A stretch of DNA of 64,000 nucleotides from the human T2T-CHM13v2.0 reference genome, Homo sapiens (GCF_009914755.1 NC_060943.1); one strand, 5' to 3'. Positions 35,983 to 53,904 are shown, numbered from the stretch's first letter. Translations and numbers: made by a program. Notes: generated by a model from the sequence alone, not told the origin.

Positions 35983-36923
35983 AAATTGAGTTTATTATTG
36001 AACGAATGAAAGTTCTCTCTCAACTCAGGTTCTTTGCAGAGGCTGGTCCCTTAGCCTGGGATGCAACTCCCTAATGTGCCATCTGGCTCACTCCTACTCA
36101 TCCTTTGGATCTCAGGTCAGGTGCCCCCTCCTCCAGGAAGCCCTCCCTGACTCCCAGGCTGAGTCGGGCTTCCTCCTTTGTGCTCCCACAGCCCTCTGGG
36201 GTCCCCCATCCCAGTGCTGCCCCCTCTGTCATCATTATCTTGGGATGGATCTGACTCCACCACTGGACTCTGAGTCCTGTGGGGGCAGAGCCTGGCTGTC
36301 TTGTCCATTGCTGCGTTTCCAGCATGCAGATAGGCAGGGTGCAACCCCTCTCTCTCTGGCTGGTGCTCTCAGGAGCTGCTAGGGGCATCCCTGGGAACAT
36401 GCCAGTCTGCATCGGTGCATGTGTGCAGGTGGCAGTGGCTCTCTTTCTTGGTCCACAATCATCCTGGGCTGCAATAATCTCCATTTTCTCGGGCCTGGAG
36501 CCCCTGAAGCAGTGCCTGGGTTTGATGCATCTCTGGAGCCCTAGCTGCTGCAGCAGAATGAATGAGGTTCCTGAATGGAGTCAGTGGGTTTCGGGGTTTC
36601 TGTATATGTTGTCAGTGTGTAACTGTGTCTCTTAAAGTCTGCACATCTGTGTCCCGGAATGTGTGTGTTTGCGAGGCTTTGGTAAGTGTGTGTTTGTCTG
36701 AGTCTTGCTTTCCTTCAGTGACTCTGTTGTTTTGTTTCGTTTAGAGACAGAATCTTGCTCAGTCACCCAGGCTGGAGTGCAGTAGCATGATCACGGCTCA
36801 CTGCAGCCTTGAACTCCTGGGCTCAAGCAATCCTCCCACCTCAGCCTCCTGAGTAGCTGGGACTACAGATGTGCACCATCATACCTGGCTCATTTTTTTT
36901 TTTTTTTTAAGAGATAGGGTCTT

Positions 36924-37275
<352 letters not shown>

Positions 37276-38704
37276 TCAAGCAAACCTCCTACCTCGGCCT
37301 CCCAAATTGCTGAGATTACAGGCGTGAGTGAGCCGCCATGCCCAGCCACGAAGTAACTCTGTATTTGAGGCTCTTTCTGTGTCTTTCCCTTCTCTCTTGG
37401 GCCAGGGGTGCGTGTCCATGCATTTTGGGAAGGAGTCCTTGCTGTCTGCTGGTCTGTGTGCTCGGTGTCCGGGGAAGTCTGAGAACCATGTTGTTCACTC
37501 TCTTCAGCTCTGTGTGTTTGTGTCAGTCAGTGAGAGCATGAGTGAGTCGTGTGTCTTTTGCCCTGCACCTCCCTTTCACCTGTGGCTTAAGAACTCTGTA
37601 CTATGCGGCCAACAGCCCACTCTTCCCCAGCTCTCAGGGTGGCTCTGAGCTAGTCTATTCCCCTTCTGGGCCTCTCTCTCCTTCTCAGTTGTTCTCAGAG
37701 GCTCCTTTCCAGAACTGGCCTGCAGATGGTCAGGAAAATCCTCTGAGTAGCGTTATTGTAAATTCCCTACAAGAGGAGAATGGAGAAGGCCCTGTGGAGC
37801 CTGGCCTGGGCAGAGAGGAAGCCCGGAGGGGAGACAGGACAGAGACACTTATAAAGGACAAGAAGGGGCCGGGTGTAGTGGCTACACCTGTAATCTTAGC
37901 GCTTTGGGAGGCGGCATAACCTGAGGTCAGGAGGTTTGGGAGGCGAGGCAGGCGGATAACCTGAGGTCAGGAGTTCAAGACCAGCCTAGGCAACATGGTG
38001 AAACCCCACCTCTACTAAAAAAAAAAAAAAAAAAAAAAAATTAGCCAAGCCTGGTGGTGCATGCTAGTAGTCCCAGCTACTCAGGAGGCTGAAGCAGGAG
38101 AATCACTTGAACCCAGGAGGCGGAGGTTGCAGTGAGCCAAGATTGTGTCACTGCACTCCAGCCTGGGTGACAGAGCAAGACACTGTTTCAAAAAAAGAAA
38201 AAAAAGAAATCAATGACTAAATTATTGGGCTTACAAGATAGCAGATCAGCCTCCCGAGTAGCTGGGACTACATGCATGCACCACATCTGGCTAATTTTTG
38301 TATTTTTAGTAGAGATGGAGTTTCACCACATTGCCCAGGCTGATCTCAAACTCCTGGCCTCAAGTGATGCACTCGCCTCGGCCTCCCAAAGTGCTGGCAT
38401 TACAGGCGTGAGCCACTGTGCCCACCAGCAATGACCGAATTTGTATCATCAACTTTCACACTTCTCTGGGGAACTGACAGTCCCCTGGGTGGAGGGTGGA
38501 GTGGTAGCAGGGCCAAGCCCTTGGAAACCAATCTGTGAATCTGAGACTTTGTCCTTGGGGGGTGATGGAGACCATGGAGGATTTTGAACAGGTCTTGGTG
38601 TTAGAAAGATCTCTCTGGAGTCTTCAGGGGAACTGGAGGGCCCAGTGTGAGTGGGTGGTGACCCCATGAGCAGCTGGGGCTTGGGGTCCCTGCTCCACCT
38701 CCGG

Positions 38705-38810
38705 GCCCCACCCCCTGACATCACTGTCGCATTATTGCACCAGGTCTGGCTGACCAATAAGCTGCTGCTTGCTATGATAATGGGTCCTAGCAACGGTGTC
38801 TGACCTTGGC
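38705..38810 (+). promoter_or_regulatory. Putative TATA-less, germ-cell-type promoter of IRGC
   Basis: CRE-like TGACATCA 38716-38723, CCAAT 38754-38758, RFX X-box-like GGTCCTAGCAAC 38783-38794, nuclear-receptor extended half-site TGACCTTGG 38801-38809. Confidence 0.55.
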
Positions 38811-38874
38811 TAAGAGGGAAGGAGATCCTATCAGTGGGGAGAGTGTGAGGGGAGAGGGAGAGCCTGCAGGGCAG
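38800..38874 (+). other. IRGC: Probable non-coding first exon of IRGC (5' boundary approximate)
   Basis: Strong donor GCAG|GTGAGT at 38874/38875 follows a motif-rich promoter. It pairs with the acceptor at 41224, 66 nt before the ATG. Confidence 0.7.
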
Positions 38875-39061
38875 GTGAGTCCCCCAGGGCTCTCTCGCTG
38901 GGCCCCTGTGCGTGGGCGGAGCAGGAGCTTATGGTCTAATCCGGACCCCCTCAGCCCAAATTCCAACCACTGACTTGTCTGCCCCTTGCTGCCAGGACCT
39001 GTTCCAGGTTCCTACTCTTCCCACCGCAGACCATACTAGGGAGAGGGCACACCCAGGATAG

Positions 39062-39382
<321 letters not shown>

Positions 39383-41290
39383 TAAGGACATATTTCTGTG
39401 GGGGGTGGAGTGGGGTAGCAGAGGATGGGGTGAGTGGTAGGAGGTGAAGAGACGGGGTGCAGGGGGCAAGGAGACAATGCAGGAGGCAGGGACATGCAGC
39501 TGAAGGGAGAGTAGCTCTCTAGGTGGGTGAAGGAGCCTGGGGACCTGGGTTGGGGTCCTGGCTATGCCTCTGGATGAGGAGACCTCATTTGTCTTGTCTG
39601 AGCCTCAGTCCTTCTCCCTGTCAAATGGGGACAGTGATCCCAGACATGAGCAGCTCTCCCAGGGCACCCTGAAGACCCTTAGTGAGTAAATGTATTTTAG
39701 AGATGATGGGCCAGAGGAGGGTGAGTGGGAAGAGGGAGGACCAGGGAAGCTCCTGGTGAGGAGGAGGGATCTGAGGGGGGACCATCACGACAGGAGCTCT
39801 GGGCGGTGGGAGGGGAACTGAACCCCGGGAGGCAAGGGCTGCCATGGCAGGGGTGGGGTTTCATGGAAATGACTCCTGGTGTCCAGGTGGTCCCCATGTC
39901 TGGCTTCCCGAACCCAAGGGCGTCTGAACCCAAAGTCAGCCTAGGGCTAGCTGAACGGGGTTTGTGGGCATCACAGCAGCCCTGCGAGGTGGGGAGGAGT
40001 ATCCCCCACGGGGCAGCTGAGGCTCAGACAGGGCGAGGACTTGCTCAAAGTCACACAGCTAAGAATATTACTAATGATAAGAATAATGACGATGATGGTG
40101 ATGCCAATGACACGAGGCACCTGCCCTGAGCCAGGCGCCGTTTTATGGGCTGCTTTATGTCATAACTCATTCAAGTCACAGAGATCCTAGGAGGTGGTTT
40201 GCCAGGATTGTAGGTATCATTCTCAGTGTTCAGATGAGGAGAGTGAGGAGAGAGTTAAGTAACTTGCCTCACATCACTCAGTAAGTATGTGGTGGAGCCA
40301 GGATTTGATCCCAGGCAGTCTGGCTCCGGGTCTGGGTCCCCTCCACCCTACCCTCCAATCCCAGCCACCGCAGGAGTGCAGCTGTTTCCTCTGAATGGGC
40401 CTGTACCACCCTTTCCTATGCAGCCCTGGCTATGTAATTTGCCCTGGCTATATAATTTGCAAGGCCCAGTACGAAATGAAAATATGGGGCCCCTGGTTCA
40501 AATATTATAAAGAATTTCAGGCCAGGCATAGTGGCTCATGCCCTTAATCCCAGCGCTCTGGGAAGCTGAGGCAGGAGGACCTTGATCTCGGAAGTTCAAG
40601 ACCAGCTGGGACAACATAGTGAGACTCCCATCTCTACAAAAAATTTAAAAAGTAGCTGGGCATGGTGGCATGCGCCTGTGGTCCCAGCTGTTCAGGAGGC
40701 TGAGGTGGGAGGATTGCTAGAGCCAAGGAGATCAAGGCTGCAATGAGCCATGATCGTAGCACTGTGCTCCAGCCTCGATGACAGAGAGACCCTGTCTCAA
40801 ACAAACAAACAAACAAACAAACAATTTCAGCTAGTGTCAGCAGAGCATTAAACCAAGCACTGGGCCATTCTAAGCACAGAACCCTCCAGGGCACACATAC
40901 ACCCAGAAAACTGACCTGTGCCTAGGTTACCCTGGAGACTCCAATAGTGCTCCAAGAGGCTGCTTGGTGGTCATGCCCATTACCCAGAGAGGTGCTTCAT
41001 TTTGCCCCTGGTCACACAGCAAGTTAGTGGCAGAAAAGGGATGTGAACCTGGGCCTGCCAGACCCCAAAGCCCTCTAACTTGTGCCAAAAATGTGTCCCC
41101 AATTCTTGAAGGAAAAAGAGAGCTGTGGGCTTCCAGGGCGACTCCCTTCACATCCGTGGTATCTGTCTCTCCCTGCCCCATGCCAAGGCCCAGGAGGTGT
41201 GAATGGCTCCCTTCTCCTCTGCAGGCGCTGAGGATCACGCATCCTGTGACTCTCCCCTGTCCCCCGCCACCCTCTGAACCACTGGCCACC

Positions 41291-42682
41291 ATGGCTACTT
41301 CAAAGTTGCCCGTGGTGCCTGGGGAGGAGGAAAACACCATCCTTATGGCCAAGGAAAGGCTGGAGGCCCTGCGCACAGCCTTTGAGTCGGGTGACCTCCC
41401 CCAGGCCGCCTCTCACCTCCAGGAGCTGCTGGCCTCCACGGAAAGCATCCGCCTGGAGGTGGGCGTCACGGGCGAGTCGGGCGCGGGCAAGTCCTCCCTC
41501 ATCAATGCCCTGCGTGGCCTGGAGGCCGAGGACCCTGGCGCGGCTCTCACGGGCGTCATGGAGACCACGATGCAACCGTCGCCCTATCCACACCCACAGT
41601 TCCCTGACGTGACCCTCTGGGACCTGCCAGGAGCCGGCTCTCCAGGCTGCCCGGCTGACAAGTACCTAAAGCAGGTAGACTTCAGCCGCTATGACTTCTT
41701 CCTGCTGGTCTCCCCCCGCCGCTGCGGGGCCGTCGAGACCCGCCTGGCCGCTGAGATCCTGTGCCAGGGCAAGAAGTTCTACTTTGTGCGCACCAAGGTG
41801 GACGAGGACCTGGCGGCCACGCGCACCCAGCGGCCGTCGGGCTTCAGAGAGGCCGCTGTCCTGCAGGAGATCCGAGACCACTGTGCCGAGCGGCTGCGGG
41901 AGGCCGGCGTGGCTGACCCTCGCATCTTCCTGGTGTCCAACCTCTCGCCGGCCCGCTACGACTTTCCCACGCTGGTGTCCACCTGGGAGCACGACCTGCC
42001 CTCCCACCGGCGCCACGCTGGCCTGCTGTCGCTCCCCGACATCTCGCTGGAGGCCTTGCAGAAGAAGAAGGCCATGCTTCAAGAGCAAGTCCTCAAGACC
42101 GCCCTGGTGTTGGGCGTCATCCAGGCCCTGCCGGTCCCAGGGCTGGCGGCCGCCTACGATGATGCGTTGCTCATCCACTCACTGCGTGGCTACCACCGCA
42201 GCTTTGGTCTGGACGACGACTCGCTGGCCAAGCTGGCCGAGCAGGTGGGCAAACAGGCAGGTGACCTGCGCTCGGTCATCCGCTCCCCACTGGCCAACGA
42301 GGTCTCGCCTGAGACTGTCCTGCGGCTCTATTCCCAGTCGTCCGACGGCGCCATGCGGGTGGCCCGCGCCTTTGAGAGGGGCATCCCTGTGTTTGGGACG
42401 CTGGTGGCTGGCGGCATCAGCTTTGGCGCTGTCTACACCATGCTCCAGGGCTGCCTCAACGAGATGGCTGAGGACGCCCAGCGTGTCCGCATCAAGGCCC
42501 TGGAGGATGACGAGCCGCAGCCGGAGGTCAGCTTGGAAGTGGCCAGTGACAATGGCGTGGAAAAGGGGGGCTCCGGGGAGGGAGGTGGGGAGGAAGCCCC
42601 ACTCTCAACCTGCAGGAAGCTCGGCCTCCTTCTTAAGTACATTCTGGACAGCTGGAAGAAACACGACTCAGAAGAGAAATAA
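41291..42682 (+). CDS. IRGC: Immunity-related GTPase cinema (interferon-inducible GTPase 5), 463 aa, CDS in a single exon
   Basis: GCCACC-ATG-G Kozak at 41291 and TAA at 42680-42682. Translation [15 protein letters not shown]... has G1 GESGAGKS, G3 WDLPG and G4 TKVD, typical of GKS-type IRG proteins. Acceptor cttctcctctgcag ends at 41224. Confidence 0.98.
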   Translation: MATSKLPVVPGEEENTILMAKERLEALRTAFESGDLPQAASHLQELLASTESIRLEVGVTGESGAGKSSLINALRGLEAEDPGAALTGVMETTMQPSPYPHPQFPDVTLWDLPGAGSPGCPADKYLKQVDFSRYDFFLLVSPRRCGAVETRLAAEILCQGKKFYFVRTKVDEDLAATRTQRPSGFREAAVLQEIRDHCAERLREAGVADPRIFLVSNLSPARYDFPTLVSTWEHDLPSHRRHAGLLSLPDISLEALQKKKAMLQEQVLKTALVLGVIQALPVPGLAAAYDDALLIHSLRGYHRSFGLDDDSLAKLAEQVGKQAGDLRSVIRSPLANEVSPETVLRLYSQSSDGAMRVARAFERGIPVFGTLVAGGISFGAVYTMLQGCLNEMAEDAQRVRIKALEDDEPQPEVSLEVASDNGVEKGGSGEGGGEEAPLSTCRKLGLLLKYILDSWKKHDSEEK

Positions 42683-42683
42683 A
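42678..42683 (+). terminator. AATAAA polyadenylation signal overlapping the IRGC stop codon
   Basis: ...GAG AAA TAA AGAG: the hexamer at 42678-42683 contains the TAA at 42680-42682. Confidence 0.55.
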
Positions 42684-43075
42684 GAGTGCAGCCCCGCCCC
42701 CCTGCCTCACCCACAAACTAAGTCTTAACAAAATCCAAATTACCAACAAAAAAGGCCGATGTGGTGAATGTGAGGGCTGCAGTTGCCTGGGGGGTGGGTG
42801 TGGAGGGAGCCTGTGTCCCTGGCAGGCAGGGGAGCCGGCGTCCTGGGCAGGGCAAAGGAGGGGGCACTGGGGAGGGGAGGAGGGAGGCAGGTGGGCCCAG
42901 GGCCAACAGGGGTGTAGTGAAAGGGGACAGGAGTGCCCTGGAGAGGGAGGTTGGAGACATGGATGGTGGGCCCAGGGTTCCCTGGTGGTGTCTTTCTCCC
43001 TGGTCCCCAAGTGGCCAGGAGGAATTTGTGGGGCACAGGACAGCAGGGCCAAGACAGGAGATTGCATCCTGCTAA

Positions 43076-43222
<147 letters not shown>

Positions 43223-43265
43223 TAAGTAGCTGGGATTATAGGTGAGCACCACCAAGCCCAGCTAA

Positions 43266-43640
<375 letters not shown>

Positions 43641-44662
43641 TAAACAGGTTGGGGAGAGTGGGCATCCGTGCCTGCCTGCTGCCTGGGAGCCATGGAGGGG
43701 TAGGGGGTGGCAGGGAGAGGGAGGCCAGGCGGCCACAGGGCTCACCTCCGTGTGGTGCTTGAGAAGACAGAGAATGGCATGGTGAGAGAGTGACTGGATG
43801 TTTCCATGAACATCGGAGGAGAGAGGAGGCCGACGATGCAACTCCGTGGCCTAGCATGAGTCTTACTCCAGAAGGAGGGCGGGTGTGTCTCAGAGCAGGA
43901 AGGCACATGGTGTTGAGACATCTGGCGTGTCTGTGATTGGGAAGAATCCTGGTCTCTCCATGATTAAAAAAAATTTTTTTTAGAGACAGGGTCTTGCCCT
44001 GTCGCCCAGGCTGGAGTGCAGTGGCGTGATCACAGCTCTCTTCAGCCTTGACTTCTTGATTTTGATGCTGTGAGTCTAAGATTGTGACTCATTTGCTGAG
44101 TCTGGGGTCACCTGTCTCTGTGGGATTGGGTCGGGGTGTGCGCGTGTGAATACTGGGACCTGCTGAAAGGCCCTGGGTCTTAACGGGAGGGCAACTATGT
44201 GTTGAGCTTTCTGACCAGACTGGTCAATATGGAGAAACCCCATCTCTATTAAAAATACAAAAATTAGCTGGTGTGGTGGTGCCTGCCTATAGTCCCAGCT
44301 ACTAGGGAGGCTAAGGCAGGAAAATCGCTTGAGACCTGGAGGCGGAGGTTACAGTGAGCTGAGACTGTGACTCCGCACTCCAGCCTGGGTGACAAGACTC
44401 TGCCTCAAAAAAAGAAAAGAAAAAAAAAAAGCTAAGTTTAGAGATTCATGTCTACATTTTTATTTTTCACTTTGACACACTCAAACCTAACTTTCCCCTG
44501 CTCAAGACCAAATTAAAAAGTAACCATAACAATAAAAGTCATAACAATGCCCAGAGTGTCTGAGGCATCACCAATAATAATACTGAGAGTGTAACCACAC
44601 GCAAGGCTAAGTACTTTATATTAGCTAACATTTATTCATCACTGCTAGGTACTCCTGGTTCA

Positions 44663-45089
<427 letters not shown>

Positions 45090-45121
45090 TTATGACATTG
45101 CTGGAGACCATCAACAATTAA

Positions 45122-45468
<347 letters not shown>

Positions 45469-45800
45469 TAAATTCTGGTTTTGGGCAGTTTTAAGATCTA
45501 ATTTCAATGTCTTTTCTGTAGACTGCAGTCACTTTTGGGGTGAAACAGGGAATCTGAACATGTATGTCTCAAAGTTTGACTTTGTGGCTGGGCGCAGGGC
45601 TCATACCTGTAATCCCAGCACTTAGGGAGTCCGAGGCAGCAGGATCACTTGAGCCCAGGAGTTGGAGACCAGCCTAGGCAACATGGCGAGACCCTGTCTC
45701 TACAAAAAATACAAAAAACTAGCCAGGCATGTGGCACGCGCCTGTAGGCCTAGCTACTCAGGAGGCTGAGGTGGGAGGATCACTTGGGCCTCAGAGGTCA

Positions 45801-49165
<3,365 letters not shown>

Positions 49166-49908
49166 TGGAGAGCTGTGTGCAGTGGCTCACACCTGTAATC
49201 CCAGCACTTTGGGAGGCCAAGGTGGGTGGATCACCTGAGGTCAAGAGTTCGAGACCAGCATGGCCAACATATAGTGAAACCCCATCTCTATTAAAAATAC
49301 AAAAAATTAGCCAGGGGTGGTGGCGGGCACCTGTAATCCCAGCTACTCGGGAGACTGAGGCTGGAGAATCACTTGAACCCGGGAGGCCAGAGGTTGCAGT
49401 GAGCCGAGATTGCGCCACTGCACTCCAGCCTGGGCAACAGAGCTAGACTCCGTCTCAAAAAAAAAAAAAAAACAACCTGTGGGCCTATGCCTGTATTCCC
49501 TTAGGCTTTCCCATGGTGGTTGTGGATTGGCTATTTTAAAGAAAACACGCTTGAAGGGGGAACTTATTTACATCGCTCTGATGTTGACCATCCCATAGGG
49601 CCATGGTCAGCCACTGTAGGATGTTGTTGGATTTTGGATTGGTGAGATGAGGAACAAGTGGGCTAAACTGCAAGCCACAAGGGGAAGGGGAAGTTTTACT
49701 AGGCCAAGGTGATGAGGTTTCGTTGAGTTTCAAACAATGTATGTCAGGCCTAAAAGTGGATGCCAAGGCAGCAAGTATATTGTAACACATTTATGACAGG
49801 CATGCAGAGGGATTGGAGAATGGGTAACTCAGGGTGAAAATACTCCCTCCCCTGTTCTGCTAAGGGTCACCACGTTCTGAAGCTGGAGAACTAGGGGTCA
49901 GGCAACCC

Positions 49909-50482
49909 ATGGCAAGTACAGCCCAGCCAGCCCTCAGCCAGTTCAAGATACTGATGCTGTCGTGAGAGGCAGCCAGGGCTCTGACGGAGGCCCGCAAGAT
50001 GGGGAATCTGCCAGCAGTTGCTGCCAAGTTGCAGGCCACACTTTGTTCACGGGAGAATGCAGGCTGCACGCTGGCACTACCAAGGGCACAGGCTCAGGCA
50101 AGTTGACCTGTCAATATCATGAGAGGCTACGAAATAAAGACCCTAACTCAGCCTGCATGGCTGTGATAGAAATGGCTGTGGACCCTACACCCTACCCGCA
50201 CCCACGGTCATCATCAGACCGGCCAGGCATAGGCACGCCCACTTTTTAGGCTGACAAGTACCTCCAGCAGGTGCTGCTGGACCGTTACATCCTCATTATC
50301 ATTGCATCAGAGCATTTGACCACCGGCCATGCCCAGCTGGCTCGCGAGATCCTGCAGCAGGGCGTTTCTCCTTCCTCTGCTCCAAGATGGAGTTTGCCAC
50401 CCCCAAAGCTGCCACCCCAGCACCTTCTCTGAGGAGAGTGGGCTCAGCCAGATCCTGGATGGCTGTCAACAGTAGCTGGAAG
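49909..50482 (+). pseudogene. IRG-family (IRGC-like) GTPase pseudogene, coding exon A (N-terminus and G domain)
   Basis: Across frameshifts it reads MASTAQPALSQFKILMLS*EAARALTEARKMGNLPAVAAKLQATL / RLHAGTTKGTGSGKLT..DPNSACMAVIEMAVDPTPYPHP..DRPGIGTPTF*ADKYLQQVLLDRY..AQLAREILQQG / RFSFLCSKME / PSTFSEESGLSQILDGCQQ*LE. This is colinear with IRGC in the same window. Confidence 0.9.
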
Positions 50483-50853
50483 GTCAGGGACATGCTCTGG
50501 GGTACTGGTGGCAGAGAAGGAGAGCCTGGACCCTTGAGATACTGCCCACCCCTTCCCCTTCGTCTTCCAGCAGAGGCCCAGAGTGGGAAAAGAGGTCACC
50601 CCCGGTACCAGCGCATGACTGAACTAGACTTTGTAGTGAAATAATGCTTTTTAGCTGCCATTCCCTAACAGTCGGCACTTCTCAGTCACTGGTGATAGAG
50701 ACCAATCGCTTGCATTAAGGAGAAAGAGTATGTATTGGCTCATTTATTTGCAAAGTTAGAGGATTGCAAAATGCTATGTGCCCAATGCAGACCTGGCACC
50801 TGTGGATGATGGTGGCATTTAACATTTATTGAGGCTCAGCATAGGTCAGGCAC

Positions 50854-51270
50854 TGATATGGTTTGGATCTGTGTCCCCACCAGATCTCATGTCAACTTGT
50901 AGTTTGTAGTCACCACTGTTGGAGGTGGGGCCTGGCGGGAGGGACGGCATCATGGGGGTGGTTTCTCATGGTTCAGCGCCAGCCCCTTGGTACTGTCCTC
51001 ACAATAGTGAATCTGTTGTAAGAGCTCGTGGTTTCAAAGTGTGTGCCACCTGCCCCCTCTTGCTCCTGCTCTGGGCATGTGAAGTACCTGCTCCCAGTTC
51101 ACCTTCCGCCATGATTGTAAGTTTCCTGAGGCCTCCCCAGAAGCCGAGCAGATGCCAGCACCATGCTTCTGGTTCAGCCTGCAGAACTCTGAGCCAATTA
51201 AACCCCTTTTCTTTATAAATTACCCAGTCTCAGGTATTTCCTTACAGCAATGCAAGAACCGACTAAAACA
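50854..51270 (+). mobile_element. MST-family (MaLR) solo LTR inside the IRG pseudogene intron
   Basis: TGATATGGTTTGGATCTGTGTCCCCACC...GCAATGCAAGAACCGACTAAAACA, with a near 5-bp TSD ggcac/gacac. Inserted into a MIR. Confidence 0.85.
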
Positions 51271-51561
51271 GACACCATTATGAACTCAATTAATCACCAC
51301 AACACCCCTAGGAGGTAGGTACAATCATCACCTTATTTTGCAGACAAAACAGATGCCCAGCAAGCTTTAGCAACTTGTCCAATGCCACACAGGTGGTAGA
51401 TGGCAAGGCTGGGATCTGAACATAGGCAGCCTGGCTGCAGGGCTGACATTCTTAGGCCAAGTGCTGCGCTCATGACAGGCGCTTGAGCCCAGGCAGCTGC
51501 CAGCACAACATGGCCTGCTCCAGTGTAGAAGCTGATTGAGCGGTGCTCATGTTTCCTGCAG

Positions 51562-52166
51562 TGGAGGGTGAGAAGGATACCAATGTATTCCTGTGTCTGA
51601 ATTGAAAAGCGTGAGTTCCACCTGCTGGGAATGATGAAGGGACTGGAGAGCCACAAGCAGCAGGCATTCCTGGTGGCCAGGCCCATCTTGCAGCCCATCC
51701 TAGAGCAGAAGGCCTCCCTGCAGCAGTATATCTAGCTGGTGTCCACAGTGGCCTGCTGGCAGCATCAGCCTGAGTCCTCTGCTGGATGTAAAGGGGGTGG
51801 CGGGTGACCGGTACATACTTACCCACTGTTCAGAAGGCTACTGCCAGTTTGACTCCTCTGTCAAACTGCCTCAACGAGCCAGCCCCTGCACAAAACCCTG
51901 GAGGTGGGACAGGGCCTTTGGACCAAGGTCACCAGATCACCACGGTGGTGGTGGTGGAAACGCTAGGCCGGATTTCCAGAGTGCCTCATTTCACCCATCC
52001 GGGCATCCTGGTCACCTGCAGCACCTCCTTCACCACCATCTACCGGATGCTTCACACGCCCCTGGATTTGGCAGCCAGGGACACCAAGAGTGTGCTGATT
52101 CAGACCTTCCTTGGCAACACTGACCACAAGATCACAGGTGAATCCAATCAACAATCTCAGCCCTGA
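51562..52166 (+). pseudogene. IRG-family GTPase pseudogene, coding exon B (C-terminal helical domain)
   Basis: tttcctgcag| then VEGEKDTNVFL / EFHLLGMMKGLESHKQQAFLVARPILQPILEQKASLQQYI*LVSTVAC / DRYILTHCSEGYCQFDSSVKL / GILVTCSTSFTTIYRMLHTPLDLAARDTKSVLIQTF...QP*. Aligns to [47 protein letters not shown]. Confidence 0.88.
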
Positions 52167-53263
52167 GCTGGGCCAGCAGGAGGTGGTAGGTTAGGGCTGG
52201 GAGGGCACAGTTCTCTCTGTCCCCAGCCTTGTGCTGAAAGGGGCTGGGATGGAAGAAACTGAAGCTCCAACTCTCCTGGACTGAGTTGCATGCTGTCTGG
52301 TGCCGTCTTGCCTTGGGTCTCCCATCTTTCTCTGGCCGTTGCCCCCACCACCTTTCCTACTCTGGCAAACCCCCAAATCAACCAGCAGGAAGACCCCCTG
52401 GGGAAGCAGGGGTGGGGATGAGACTTGGGGCAGACATTTTGACAAGGCAGGGAAGAGCTGGGTTATCTAGCTGGAGAGGATGGTCAGGAGGGTTCTGTAG
52501 AGATCACGACAGTGGGGCAAAGGATTTAGAAGCATTTCGGTAAAAGGGCAGTGAATGTCACAGCTCTGAAGGGCCTCGAGGATGATCTTAAATGTTGGAA
52601 TAATGGCCAGAGAGGGGAGGCTCCTTGCCTACTACAGTCGGTCAGGAAGTGGCTGTGCCAGAGCCTGTGCTGGGCCTCCTGTCTCCCAGGCCTCAGCCCT
52701 CTGTAGAGACTGGCATTCTATCCACTTCTGGCCTGACCTTCTCTGGCCCTGCTGAGTGCTTTCTTCACTGACCCCCCGCCCCCCCTCACTTCAGTTGTTT
52801 CTCACAAGGCCCTGGATCCCCATGGTATGAAACACCAGGGCTGTATGGGATGCTTGAAAGCAGGAGGAAACCAGGGAGACAAATATGTGCCACGGGCGGC
52901 AGGGGGTGGGGGAGGGCAATGGATGAACAGACTCAGCCAGCTGGACTGGAGCTGACTGCTTTACTGAACGATGGATTAATTTGGGGTGGCGAGACCAATT
53001 TGGAGACATACTTTGGGAAACCTCAAACTAAGATCATGTACTGTATTTAACTGAGCAGATGAGGGTTGGTACTGTACCAAATCGCAGAGTGGATTTAACT
53101 GAGGGTAGGTTCTGGATTTACATTAAAGGTGAGGGTTGCCATTTCTAAGCAAGAGTAGATGAGGTTTACGAGAGGAAAGCCACTGTATTTAACCAACAGA
53201 AGGCACTGTCTGTACGGGTGAGGCATGGTATTTGGATTAAGGGTAAGTACTTACTACATTTAA

Positions 53264-53612
<349 letters not shown>

Positions 53613-53898
53613 TAACTGGGCATTTAACCCAAAGGCAGGTAACTGTCTTTAAGTGAGAGCAGAAGACACGAGGGTAGTTGCTGTACTCAGCTGCACCAGT
53701 GTATTTTCCCATCCAAAACATACACAGGGGAGGCTTGATGCCACCCCAGGAAACAGAATAACCCCTTCTAGGGACTTCTTAGCAGAGACTGATCTCCATC
53801 TGCCCGCAAGGGCTGGGTGTCCAATTTGTCCTGCTTCCCAGAGCTGCATGGTGGGTAGAGGAGTAAGTGGAACATAAGAACAGGCTTGCATGACTGTG

Positions 53899-53904
53899 TT
53901 TATT
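53899..53904 (-). terminator. Proximal AATAAA for SMG9
   Basis: Plus-strand TTTATT about 425 nt downstream of the stop. More distal candidates lie at 50825-50830 and 50743-50748. Confidence 0.65.

Noticed and set aside
40964-41290. 109-aa N-terminal extension of IRGC (572-aa ORF in the track)
   Set aside because: It runs through intronic, partly MIR-like sequence upstream of the acceptor at 41224. The Kozak ATG at 41291 gives the known 463-aa protein.
41691-42728. 345-aa alternative-frame ORF inside IRGC
   Set aside because: An Arg/Pro/Ser-rich shadow frame, expected from high GC3 codon usage, with no recognisable domain.
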